From a bacterium (lineage in GTDB: Bacteria > Hinthialibacterota > Hinthialibacteria > Hinthialibacterales > Hinthialibacteraceae), in the NCBI GenBank assembly GCA_963662285.2, contig CAXXMV010000006.1:992001-1056000 (forward strand): a DNA stretch of 64,000 nt, given 5' to 3'. Of the stretch, positions 1 through 9,019 are shown one piece after another. Every line of letters begins with the position of its first letter. The stretch's first letter is position 1. The position numbers and the translations under genes are program-made. Under the pieces are notes generated by a model. That model did no database searches. It worked only from the letters and a program-made list of their open reading frames with translations, and was not told the DNA's origin.

Positions 1-1108
1 ACCTTAACTCAAAAGTGGTACCTTTGCCCTCTTCACTCTCTACTGAAAGTTTTCCATTGTGTAACTCAACCAACTCTTTGGCTATAGATAATCCCAGGCC
101 GCTGCCTTTGGCGAAGTGTTGTGAAGCAACCGAACGAAAGAAACGATCCCATATTTTTTCACAGTCTTCTTTAGACATACCGATGCCGGAATCTTTAACC
201 GAAAGGATGATCTGGTGTGGCTGAGTGGATGATTCATCTTTTCGCAAACTTATATTTACTTGACCGTTATCAGGGGTGTACTTGATTGCATTACTGATCA
301 GCTCATTGACCACCCGCTGTATCTTTCCTCCATCGGCTTGGATTTTGCATGAATCAGAAATCTCATCTAGATTAAGCATAATTTTCTTTTGATCAGCCGC
401 CGGTGCGCATTCCAGTACGGTATTTTGAACCAGGGCTTTCATGGATAGTTCGCTTTTAGTCAAATTAGTCCGTCCAGATTCAATGCGGGATAGATCGAGC
501 ACATCATTTATCAAATGAGTGAGACGGTCAACCGAGCTGGTTGCGCGTCCCAGTATACGTTGCTGTTTTTCGGTCAGTTCACCTGCTATGCCCAGAGAAA
601 GATTATCCAGGCTGCCCTTAATAGCAGTCAGCGGCGTACGCAGATCATGAGACGCCTGAGACACGAAAGCGGTTTTCATCTCATTCAGTTCCTGCAAGCG
701 TTGGTTAGCCACTTGCAGTTGGGTATTGGCGCTGTTCAGTTCTTCGGTGCGTTGATGCACCCGTTCTTCCAGTTCATCGGTCAATGCTTTCAAGTCTTGA
801 ATGGTTGAAGGGTATTTCAATATGGCCATAACAACTATCCGGCAAGCCTCAATACTGGCGACAAAAAGATACATAGAAATAAGCGTATGTATCGGAACAA
901 GAATATTGAGGATGCTTATCACTATGCCTAAAATAATGAAGACGGCATATACCTTGGGTAACTCTGTATAAAATATCGAATAAAAAAAATGTAATACAAC
1001 CAAAGCGCCCAATGACATTAGAGAGTAATAAAATTCCGCTCTGAATATTATGAGAATGCATAGTAAATAGAAAAACAGTATTTTATGTTTACCCAATGCT
1101 TCTGACAT
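1..1108 (-). CDS. Membrane sensor histidine kinase (HisKA + HATPase_c); 3' end runs off the window
   Basis: Not in the ORF track; translated by hand from ATG at 1108 (GAGG upstream): MSEALGKHKILFFYLL..., hydrophobic N-terminus, coiled coil, SQASHDLRTPLTAIKG H-box, ELISNAIKYT N-box, DSGIG and GSGLGL G-boxes, no stop before base 1. Confidence 0.9.
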   Translation of the reverse strand, partial: MSEALGKHKILFFYLLCILIIFRAEFYYSLMSLGALVVLHFFYSIFYTELPKVYAVFIILGIVISILNILVPIHTLISMYLFVASIEACRIVVMAILKYPSTIQDLKALTDELEERVHQRTEELNSANTQLQVANQRLQELNEMKTAFVSQASHDLRTPLTAIKGSLDNLSLGIAGELTEKQQRILGRATSSVDRLTHLINDVLDLSRIESGRTNLTKSELSMKALVQNTVLECAPAADQKKIMLNLDEISDSCKIQADGGKIQRVVNELISNAIKYTPDNGQVNISLRKDESSTQPHQIILSVKDSGIGMSKEDCEKIWDRFFRSVASQHFAKGSGLGLSIAKELVELHNGKLSVESEEGKGTTFELR

Positions 1109-1319
1109 TTGTCTACCTCAAGAGAGTTTCAGTAATAGGTCAGCAAACTGAAATGCATAATCCCTAAGTTTTGGAGCGTTTTGGATGGGGTTGATTCATC
1201 GAAGAGCAACCCCCCCCCCTCTAACTCATGTAAAGGCCTGGGACATGGGTAACAGGTGTTCGGGGACATAGGTAACACATTCCCTGAGTGTATTCTAGCC
1301 TTGAAAGGAGGCGAAGAAT

Positions 1320-2486
1320 ATGCCCTGGAACGAGGTGGACCTTATGTCTCTGAGAAAAGAATTCGTATTGTTGAGCCAGCAAGAAGAAAGCAACATCAGC
1401 CAATTATGTAAACGGTTTGATATCAGCCGTAAGACGGGTTACAAATGGATCAAACGGTACAAAGAAGGAGGAGTCGAAAATCTCCAAGACCGTTCCAAAA
1501 AACCCAATACTTGCCCTCATCAAACAGATAAGTCTATCGAGCAAGCCATTACAGAAAATCGCGAAAAAGGATGGGGAGGACGCAAAATTCGCTCTCGTCT
1601 GATTCAATTGGGATACGAAAATGTTCCTAGCGCCAGCACTATTACTGCCGTGTTACGCCGACTGGGATTGCTGGATGAAAAGGAAAGTCACAAGCACAAA
1701 GCCTATAAGCGTTTTGAAAAAGATACGCCCAACGAATTGTGGCAAATGGATTTCAAAGGAGATTTTCCCACGCTCAAAGCACGCTGTTATCCGCTCAGCA
1801 TTCTGGATGATTGCACGCGCTTTGTTCCCGGATTATTTTCGTGCGCCAATCAGCAAAGGGAAACCGTGCAAGACTCCCTGGAAAGCGTGTTCAGGATGTA
1901 TGGTATGCCTCGGGCGATGTTGATGGATAACGGAAGTCCGTGGGGAGGATGCAAAACCTGCGAATACACCAGATTGACAATATGGCTGATACGATTGGGT
2001 ATTCGCGTGTATCACGGTCGCCCCTACCATCCGCAAACCCAAGGCAAGGTCGAGCGATTTCACCGGACCTTTAAGCAAGAATTGCTGATAAGGGAATCGT
2101 TTGTGGATTTGGAATATTGCCAAAGGCGGTTTGATGAGTGGCGTTATGAATACAATTTTGAGCGTCCTCACGAAGCCCTGGATATGGATGTCCCGGCTAA
2201 CCATTATACGTCCAGTCCTTTTGTTTATCCGGGAAGTTTGCCGGATATCGAGTACGCGCCGGGCAGCATTATCAGGAAGGTGCAACAAGGAGGTCGGGTG
2301 GCGTACCGTGGTGAAGATTACCGGGTGAGCCGCGCCCTGGTAGGATGCCCGGTTGCCTTGAAACCCGCTATGACCGATGGGATGATGGACGTATATTTTT
2401 GCCGACAAAAAATCAAGACGCTCGATCTGCGTTTGAATGAAATCAAAGAAGATAACTTGGCAATCCAGAAAAAGGCGTCACAATAG
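1320..2486 (+). CDS. IS481-family DDE transposase
   Basis: N-terminal HTH (ISRKTGYKWIKRY); rve core WQMDFKG / MDNGSPW / GKVERFHRT; AGGAGG RBS. Confidence 0.95.
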   Translation: MPWNEVDLMSLRKEFVLLSQQEESNISQLCKRFDISRKTGYKWIKRYKEGGVENLQDRSKKPNTCPHQTDKSIEQAITENREKGWGGRKIRSRLIQLGYENVPSASTITAVLRRLGLLDEKESHKHKAYKRFEKDTPNELWQMDFKGDFPTLKARCYPLSILDDCTRFVPGLFSCANQQRETVQDSLESVFRMYGMPRAMLMDNGSPWGGCKTCEYTRLTIWLIRLGIRVYHGRPYHPQTQGKVERFHRTFKQELLIRESFVDLEYCQRRFDEWRYEYNFERPHEALDMDVPANHYTSSPFVYPGSLPDIEYAPGSIIRKVQQGGRVAYRGEDYRVSRALVGCPVALKPAMTDGMMDVYFCRQKIKTLDLRLNEIKEDNLAIQKKASQ

Positions 2487-2487
2487 A

Positions 2488-2611
2488 AATTGGTTGGGCG
2501 AAACGGAAGCGGGCGCTGCAGGAGTGCAACCCGCCAGGGATAGCCGATCCGAGGTGCGAGGGATAATGCAGGAGGTGAAATATTCACCTCCTCCCTCTAA
2601 GCCAACCAATT
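2488..2611. ncRNA. Candidate structured RNA between the transposase stop and the right IR (strand unknown)
   Basis: Perfect 10-bp closing stem AATTGGTTGG/CCAACCAATT enclosing GCGGG/CCCGC + TGCA-GGAG-TGCA, GAGGGA/TCCCTC and GGAGGTGAA/TTCACCTCC stems. Confidence 0.4.
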
Positions 2612-2738
2612 ATCCTGAGCATCTCTAGATGCCTAAAAAAAAACTCAAACAATAACCTGGGATAAATCCCGGTTTTGATAAAAAACTGTAACCCATGTCC
2701 CCGAACATGTGTTACCCATCTACCCGGTCTGTACAACT

Positions 2739-2915
2739 CAATGTCATTAAGTTAAGTAATTTTCACTCTACAATGGGTGGCTTGATCAAGGGCTGACCGC
2801 AATGAGGTCTTGCCCTTGCCACCTATGCCTAATGTTATTAACTTAGTTGTTTTGTATATCACCCTAACCCTCTCCCGGCGGGAGAGGGGACAACACGGTT
2901 AACTTAATGACATTG
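2739..2915. mobile_element. MITE, 177 bp, non-autonomous, possibly IS4-type ends
   Basis: Perfect 17-bp TIR CAATGTCATTAAGTTAA (2739-2755 / 2899-2915); 10-bp direct repeat CCCTCTAACT at 1217-1226 and 2916-2925 once the IS481 is removed. Confidence 0.8.
2859..2889. repeat. REP-like palindrome (TCACCCTAACCCTCTCCC...GGGAGAGGG family)
   Basis: CCCTCTCCCG-G-CGGGAGAGGG palindrome; inverted relative at 40209-40242, looser relatives at 36921-36955 and near 40330. Confidence 0.7.
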
Positions 2916-2956
2916 CCCTCTAACTCCCCCCAGACTTGGGGGGAAGAATTAATGCC

Positions 2957-4936
2957 TTACCGTTTCTCCACGCCATCTGATAGTACAGGAAATTCTGTGA
3001 TTCTAAGACGGGTGCTTCCATACGGAATTAATTCCAGTTCTTCAATTTCAGTATGCTGCTCAACCGGGCTTTGTGGTGGAGCGTCAGCGCTATTATCAAC
3101 GATAGTCCATTCTGGAACCAGGCGGCCTTTGACTTTTAAGACTACTGGATAATTTTTATGATCAAAAGGAACCGAACTTATGGAACTTGTTTCAACCTGA
3201 ATTGAGTTTGCCGGATTATCCCGGTCGATCTGCAAGGCATAATTCCAAGGCGTACCGGGATATACGGCATAATCAATCACAGGCAACTCTTTATGATGCC
3301 GCTTAAGTGGTTTGAAATACTCATCTATCTTGAGAGAATAATAGAGCGGGCCGCGTAGAATTGATACAGAATTGTTGTAGCGCGTTTCGGTGCGCAGTTT
3401 CATGGGCAAGTTTAATTCAATAGCGTCACCGGAATTCCAGGTGCGGTTGATAACCAGATATTCTCCTGCTTTTGGTTTAGCAATTTTATCCTCAATCTTT
3501 CCGTTAATAGTAACGCTGGCGCCTTCGGCCCATGCCGGAATGCGCAGATGGATCGGGAATTGCGCTTTTTGGTTTAATTTTACCATGAATTTTATAGCGC
3601 CATCGAATGGGTAATTAGTCTCCTCAGTTATCTCCGCATCAACTCCATCGGCCACTTTGGCCTGAACCACCGAAGGACCATAAGCCACTGCCGCCAGCCC
3701 GTTATCATGAGTCGCCATCCACATGTGTGAAACGAATTTAGGCCAGCCCTGATGCATATTCGCCGTGCAGCATCCAAAGTTAGGCTCCAGGCCATATAAA
3801 TTTGAATAGTCTCCATTGGTGCTCCAATGCCGCTTGGCTATGGTGCAGACTACCTGGTTGGATTGTTGATCATACTGATGCGCCCAATAATCGGGAGTGC
3901 AGGTTCCCGGATTGGCGTTATAAGCCAATAATTCCAGTCTATCAGAAAACATGGGGTCGCCGAAAGTTTCGATCAGGTTCTCCAGAGAGAACATAAACTC
4001 GACTACGCCGCATAGTTCGGTTCCCTGTGAAGGGTGGCGGCCTGATAAATGCTCATCGCCGGAATAGCGGCCAGCAACCTGACCATGATATTTATCAAGA
4101 TTCCTGATAGCTGCATACGAACCATTTTTGAAACGATCTTCTTTAGCGTGAACATAAACCAGACCGGGATATTTAATGGCCATGCCCAGATTGACTACAT
4201 GGCAGGGATGACCATAATCCTTGCGTTTTTTAGTCCATTCATCGTTGTATGGGAAATTGTTAAAATGCTCCGCCCAATCGAAGCAATTGCGATAGATGCT
4301 TTCAGCGGTTTGTAATATATCGGCGTCGCCAGTGCGGCGGTAAAGCCAATATGCGGTTACTAAATTTTCCATAGCCCGTACGCCGCGCCATTCGCGGTCA
4401 GGCCAGTCCGGGGCATGTTCTTTTAGATACTTAAAATAATTCTTAATAATATTAAGCGCCCGTTCATCATTGGTGACTTCGTGATATTGAATCAGTACTT
4501 TTAATCCCACCGCCAATGGCCAGCGGTCGTTATTCTTTGCAGGACCAAACCAACCGTTGGATTGACCAGTGGTCAGGATATGATCCATCCAATCCTGTAC
4601 TTTTTTAATCAACCTCTCATCGTCCAGCAGGTAGGCCAGTGGAACTAATCCATCCAAATAATAAGGTCCACGCTCCCAGGAGTCGCCCGAACCGCCTTTC
4701 CAGGCTGATTCTGATACTGTTTTCCAGAATTCATCCAGATGCCCGGTCAAGCCGTTGGCCTGTATGGTCAACTGATCTTTGAGCCATCCCTCAGGTTTAA
4801 CCGCGCCCAGTGGAAGAGAGACGAATTTGGTTTGCAATAATGGAGCGGAATTTATAGGATAATGCTGGTTTTCTGAATAAACTAATCCAGGCAGCATCAT
4901 GCATAAGGTTAGCGTGAAAAAAGCGATTCTCTTCAT
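2957..4936 (-). CDS. GH127/GH146-like beta-L-arabinofuranosidase-domain glycoside hydrolase, secreted
   Basis: Signal peptide; GTELCGVVE and FGCCTANMHQGWPK Cys motifs; TNYPFDG, LRIPAWA, RGPL C-terminal motifs. Confidence 0.85.
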   Translation of the reverse strand: MKRIAFFTLTLCMMLPGLVYSENQHYPINSAPLLQTKFVSLPLGAVKPEGWLKDQLTIQANGLTGHLDEFWKTVSESAWKGGSGDSWERGPYYLDGLVPLAYLLDDERLIKKVQDWMDHILTTGQSNGWFGPAKNNDRWPLAVGLKVLIQYHEVTNDERALNIIKNYFKYLKEHAPDWPDREWRGVRAMENLVTAYWLYRRTGDADILQTAESIYRNCFDWAEHFNNFPYNDEWTKKRKDYGHPCHVVNLGMAIKYPGLVYVHAKEDRFKNGSYAAIRNLDKYHGQVAGRYSGDEHLSGRHPSQGTELCGVVEFMFSLENLIETFGDPMFSDRLELLAYNANPGTCTPDYWAHQYDQQSNQVVCTIAKRHWSTNGDYSNLYGLEPNFGCCTANMHQGWPKFVSHMWMATHDNGLAAVAYGPSVVQAKVADGVDAEITEETNYPFDGAIKFMVKLNQKAQFPIHLRIPAWAEGASVTINGKIEDKIAKPKAGEYLVINRTWNSGDAIELNLPMKLRTETRYNNSVSILRGPLYYSLKIDEYFKPLKRHHKELPVIDYAVYPGTPWNYALQIDRDNPANSIQVETSSISSVPFDHKNYPVVLKVKGRLVPEWTIVDNSADAPPQSPVEQHTEIEELELIPYGSTRLRITEFPVLSDGVEKR

Positions 4937-4974
4937 CTTTTATTCTCCCCAATCTGATATGTGATTATGATATG

Positions 4975-6930
4975 CTAATTTAATGGCATATTCAATTTAA
5001 ATGACGTTCCTTGGCCCTGTTTACTTTCAACCACAAGAGTTCCACCATGCAATTCAACTAAATCCTTGGCGATAGATAATCCCAAACCTGAACCTTTGGC
5101 GAAATGCTTTGAAGCAGTTGTACGGTAAAAACGTTCCCAGATTTTCAAGCACTCTTCAGACGTCATCCCGATGCCGGAATCTTTAACTGATAGTGAAACA
5201 GTCTTATCATCCTGCCATAAACGAATATCCACGCTTCCTTTTTCCGGCGTGTATTTAATGGCGTTGCTTATCAGTTCTCCAACAACGCGTTCAATTTTTC
5301 CCCCATCAATATGGATATTGAAATCACCTTCACCATATTCGCATGTAAGTTTAATCTGCTTTTGGTCGGCTGCTGGCTGGTTTTCGCTGATTATGTTTTC
5401 GACTAACGCTTTAAAGGGAACGTCTGTTTTTTCTAATACTATGCGTCCTGATTCAATGCGGGATAGATCAAGTACGTCGTTGATCAGGTTCGTCAGTCTA
5501 TCAACCGATTTTGTGGCGCGGGTCATGACTTTGGATTGTTTTTCTGTAAGTTCCCCGGCAATACCCATTAATAAGTTATCTAAACTTCCCTTGATGGCGG
5601 TTAATGGAGTGCGTAAATCATGAGACGCCTGAGATACGAATTGCGATTTCATCTTATCCAGTTTTACTAACTCCTGGTTACGGACTTCCAGCACGGTGTA
5701 ATTCTTAAGACGGCGAACCAGGATCGCAATTCCCATAAAAGACAGAATTAATGGAGCATAATGACCTGAAATCTGCCAAAAAGACCCATAATAATCTTCG
5801 TAGGTCAAAGGTGTATTACCTGGAACCATATTGAAATAGATGAGGAGATAATAGATTTTTCCCTTGAAAATTAATAATGAATATAATATTAAACCGATTA
5901 AATATATTCCGGTTTCTTTTACATCTTTCATATTTAGCCGGATAATATCAACCAGCATAATAAAAATAGTTAATCCAAATAATTGGTGAAACAGAACATC
6001 TACTGAAAAACCCCAGGATAAATCGAAAGAGCAGACGCATAATTCAATTAAAAATAAGAAGAATAGGATTATACGTAAAAAACTAACTGCTTTCCAATAA
6101 TTGTTACAATATATAGTTTCGTAAAAACAGACCAGACAAAGAGGCGCTATTTGGTTAAAGAAGGTCAAAAGCATGTCAAAAGACATCGAATAACCTAAAT
6201 AGGGATATAAATATCCTGGCCAGTTAAATAGTGCTAGTCCACTAAAAAGAGCGAAGCCCCCAAAAAACAAATATTCCTTTTCCCTTAGAAATACAAACAT
6301 GCTTAATGATAAAATCCCGATAAATATAAGCATGAGATTAACTATGAAAAAATCTAAACCGCGGATAAAAATATCTAATAATAAATCAGAGCGTGATCCA
6401 ACGTATCGATACACTGAAAGTCCTACTAACTTATAGGGAGAATAAATACGAAGAAATAGCATCTTTCCTAAATGAGATTTTTGTAGAGGAATGATTTGCC
6501 AATGAGAAAATAAATGCAGTTTTGTCGCAGGTTTTAATTCTCCTAATTGATAAATCTTATCCGCATCGACATAGGCTTCAACATCACCGCATATATTTAA
6601 TAGTAATGATGGATCTAGCCAATCGCCTTCAGGTATAGGAACTTTAAACCAAAGAAAATCCGCGCCATTGCGTCCGGGAGGCATGTCAAGATCCTCGCTG
6701 GTTACCCATTCAACGCTCTCAATTTCTTCATAGGTCCAGATTGGAATGCCGTTTTCGTCTACAGGAGAATCTCCCCAGTGATGTTTCCATCCTGTTAGTA
6801 CTTTCTGAGGTATATCAGTGCGGATGTTTGGCGGTGCGGATATAGACCAAAAGCGCCATACGCAAAATACCGATAACACGGTAATCAGTAGACTGGCCGT
6901 CCATAGATGTTTCCACTGGGTTGATTTCAT
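4975..6930 (-). CDS. Multi-TM sensor histidine kinase (extracellular beta-domain + 7TM-DISM-like + HisKA + HATPase_c)
   Basis: ASHDLRTPLTAIKG, ELISNAIKYT, DSGIG, GSGLGL; several hydrophobic helices. Confidence 0.92.
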   Translation of the reverse strand: MKSTQWKHLWTASLLITVLSVFCVWRFWSISAPPNIRTDIPQKVLTGWKHHWGDSPVDENGIPIWTYEEIESVEWVTSEDLDMPPGRNGADFLWFKVPIPEGDWLDPSLLLNICGDVEAYVDADKIYQLGELKPATKLHLFSHWQIIPLQKSHLGKMLFLRIYSPYKLVGLSVYRYVGSRSDLLLDIFIRGLDFFIVNLMLIFIGILSLSMFVFLREKEYLFFGGFALFSGLALFNWPGYLYPYLGYSMSFDMLLTFFNQIAPLCLVCFYETIYCNNYWKAVSFLRIILFFLFLIELCVCSFDLSWGFSVDVLFHQLFGLTIFIMLVDIIRLNMKDVKETGIYLIGLILYSLLIFKGKIYYLLIYFNMVPGNTPLTYEDYYGSFWQISGHYAPLILSFMGIAILVRRLKNYTVLEVRNQELVKLDKMKSQFVSQASHDLRTPLTAIKGSLDNLLMGIAGELTEKQSKVMTRATKSVDRLTNLINDVLDLSRIESGRIVLEKTDVPFKALVENIISENQPAADQKQIKLTCEYGEGDFNIHIDGGKIERVVGELISNAIKYTPEKGSVDIRLWQDDKTVSLSVKDSGIGMTSEECLKIWERFYRTTASKHFAKGSGLGLSIAKDLVELHGGTLVVESKQGQGTSFKLNMPLN

Positions 6931-6952
6931 TGACTAACTCCCGTTAATCCCT

Positions 6953-7756
6953 TCATGCATTAGTGGTTTTCATCAGCTGTAAAGCGACGTTCTTGAATGT
7001 ATCACCGTATACATCATTCTGCCGGGATAGATAATCCAGTACGCCGGACATTTTTTCCGTGGTTATGGGATGCCAGCCTTCGCCGTTCATGCCATGCAGG
7101 CCGATCACCAGCCAGCCGTTTTTTTCTCTGGCTTGATTTATCATGTCGATGATCTCATCCAGCCCGGTATGTGACAGAGGCCACCAGCTGCGCACCGCCA
7201 TCAGGTCGGTTTCGCCGGGGATGTTAATTGTTCCGGTGCGCGTGCCTTCACGGGCTGCGATATAATAACGCGCGATTTCATTGCGCACTTCAAATGATAA
7301 ATGGTTGTAGGGCAGGGCAAGGGTTTTGCGTCCATGATAATCGAGTCGTTGGGTGATGCGCCGTTTGGAATAGATTAATTCACGTTTTAACTCTTCTGGA
7401 GAGAGATCAGGTAGATGAGGGTGAGTCATGGTGTGGCTGCCGATTTCATGTCCTTTTTTGATAACCGTTTTCCAATCGCTCCAGGTTCCGTGTGATATAT
7501 TCTGGTTATAAGAATCGCTTATGCTGGATTTTAGTGGAGGAATCCAACTGGTTACCAGGTTGAAGGTGGCTTTGAAATTATATTGATCAAAGAGAGTCAA
7601 GAAAGTTTCGGTGGATTTCCAAAAGCCGTCATCAATAGAAAATGAGACCGCGAAACGTTTGTTATCTGGAAATATGTTATGGTTCATAGTCAATGCGGCG
7701 GATGGTAAAACCAAGGGAGCGGCTAATAAACTACTCAGGCAATCGCGTCGTTTCAT
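6953..7756 (-). CDS. Polysaccharide deacetylase (NodB/CE4 family), Tat-like signal
   Basis: SFSIDDG, HEIGSHTMTHPHL and GLH motifs; KRRDCL N-terminus. Confidence 0.85.
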   Translation of the reverse strand: MKRRDCLSSLLAAPLVLPSAALTMNHNIFPDNKRFAVSFSIDDGFWKSTETFLTLFDQYNFKATFNLVTSWIPPLKSSISDSYNQNISHGTWSDWKTVIKKGHEIGSHTMTHPHLPDLSPEELKRELIYSKRRITQRLDYHGRKTLALPYNHLSFEVRNEIARYYIAAREGTRTGTINIPGETDLMAVRSWWPLSHTGLDEIIDMINQAREKNGWLVIGLHGMNGEGWHPITTEKMSGVLDYLSRQNDVYGDTFKNVALQLMKTTNA

Positions 7757-7930
7757 GGTTAATCTTCTTTCCTGATCTTTCTAAGTTTTTATCATCATAC
7801 CAAAAGCCCATAGACAAAAACAGGATTCAAGAGCATATTGGATTTCTCAATTCAAGTATTATATGATATAAATGAGTAGGTAAATTAAAAAATCAATCCG
7901 CCGTTCAGGCGATAGAAATGCGAGGAAATA

Positions 7931-8908
7931 GTGAATATGAACCCAAAAGTGATTATGCAACCTCAAACCCGACGTGGATTCATCCAGACCACAGCACTGG
8001 CGTCAGCCGCATTGGCGATACCAGCTTCAGCTTCCCAAAAGGGCGCTACAACCAAGATGTTTAAAAACCTGGCTGGCGGGCATATCGGCCTTAAAGCCAA
8101 CCAGAAAGAAGCCATTGAACTGGCTGCTAAACACGGTTTTGAAGGAGTCACCCCCAGTGTTGGCGAATTGGCCAAAATGTCTTCCGCTCAACGCAAGGAA
8201 ACTTGTGCGATGCTTCAGGAGAAGGGACTTCGTTGGGGCGCCAATAGTCTGTCCGTTGAATTCAGAAAAGATGATGACTTATTCAAGCAAGGTCTGGCTA
8301 TATATGCTGAAGAAGCCAAAATCATGAATGAAGTGGGAATAACCCGCGTCGCTACCTGGATCATATCCGGCAGCAACGAACTTACCTTTCTGCAACATTT
8401 CAAAATGTTCCAGCATCGTTTAAGAGAATGCGCTAAGATATTGAAAGATCAGGACATTCGGCTTGGTCTGGAATTTGTCGGACCAAGAAGTACGCGCCAA
8501 CGCTTTAAGTTCCCCTTTATCTGCACCCAAATGGGCATGCTCGAACTCTGCGAAGCTATAGATACAGGTAATACCGGTCTGCTGCTTGATTGCTGGCACT
8601 GGTATACCTCACATGGCACCCCCGAAGAATTGGCGCAACTCACCAATGATCAAATTGTGCTGGTTCATATCAACGATGCGCCTAAGGATATCCCCATCGA
8701 CGAACAAATAGACTCAAAACGCCAACTACCATGCACCTCAGGCGTCATCGATATGAAAACCTTTATCAATACTCTGCAAAAAATCGGTTACGACGGCCCG
8801 GTCGAATGCGAACCCTTCGACGACGCCCTGCGTAAAATGGATACCGAACCCAAATTAAAGAAAACCAGCGCAGCTATAAGCCGGGCTTTTGATTTGATTG
8901 AAGGTTAG
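7931..8908 (+). CDS. Sugar phosphate isomerase/epimerase (AP_endonuc_2 TIM barrel), Tat signal
   Basis: TRRGFI twin-arginine motif; LEF, LDCWH, VHIND, GYDGPVECE metal-ligand motifs; exact start uncertain. Confidence 0.85.
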   Translation: MNMNPKVIMQPQTRRGFIQTTALASAALAIPASASQKGATTKMFKNLAGGHIGLKANQKEAIELAAKHGFEGVTPSVGELAKMSSAQRKETCAMLQEKGLRWGANSLSVEFRKDDDLFKQGLAIYAEEAKIMNEVGITRVATWIISGSNELTFLQHFKMFQHRLRECAKILKDQDIRLGLEFVGPRSTRQRFKFPFICTQMGMLELCEAIDTGNTGLLLDCWHWYTSHGTPEELAQLTNDQIVLVHINDAPKDIPIDEQIDSKRQLPCTSGVIDMKTFINTLQKIGYDGPVECEPFDDALRKMDTEPKLKKTSAAISRAFDLIEG

Positions 8909-9019
8909 CGATGTTATAAAGAGGTAGTTAAAATAGAGTTTGTAATCGAGTATGTAGTTTTTAATGCGCATGCTAATTGAATTTATATTCGGTTAGTATG
9001 CGCTGGAATGGAGTGAGCC

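Larger units (their letters stand above)
1229..2735 (+). mobile_element. IS481-family insertion sequence, 1507 bp, apparently intact
   Basis: TGT...ACA ends; about 49-bp imperfect terminal IRs (1229-1277, 2687-2735) with internal GGACATGGGTAAC-like repeats; 5-bp direct repeat ACTCA at 1224-1228 and 2736-2740. Confidence 0.93.

Noticed and set aside
15-1061. Short ORFs 15-224, 515-808 and 849-1061
   Set aside because: They are shadows or alternative frames of the minus-strand histidine kinase at 1-1108
1229-1277. Tandem GGACATGGGTAAC-like repeats as a mini-CRISPR or iteron
   Set aside because: They are mirrored at the right end and fit transposase-binding repeats within IS481 IRs
2488-2611. 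Assignment as a hammerhead ribozyme or c-di-GMP-II riboswitch
   Set aside because: CGAAAC is present but there is no CTGANGA core; the GGGCGC...GTGCAACC resemblance lacks the spacing and pseudoknot of c-di-GMP-II; left unassigned
2318-2628. ORFs 2318-2587 (-) and 2437-2628 (+) as IS passenger proteins
   Set aside because: They overlap the transposase and the structured segment, with no recognisable domain
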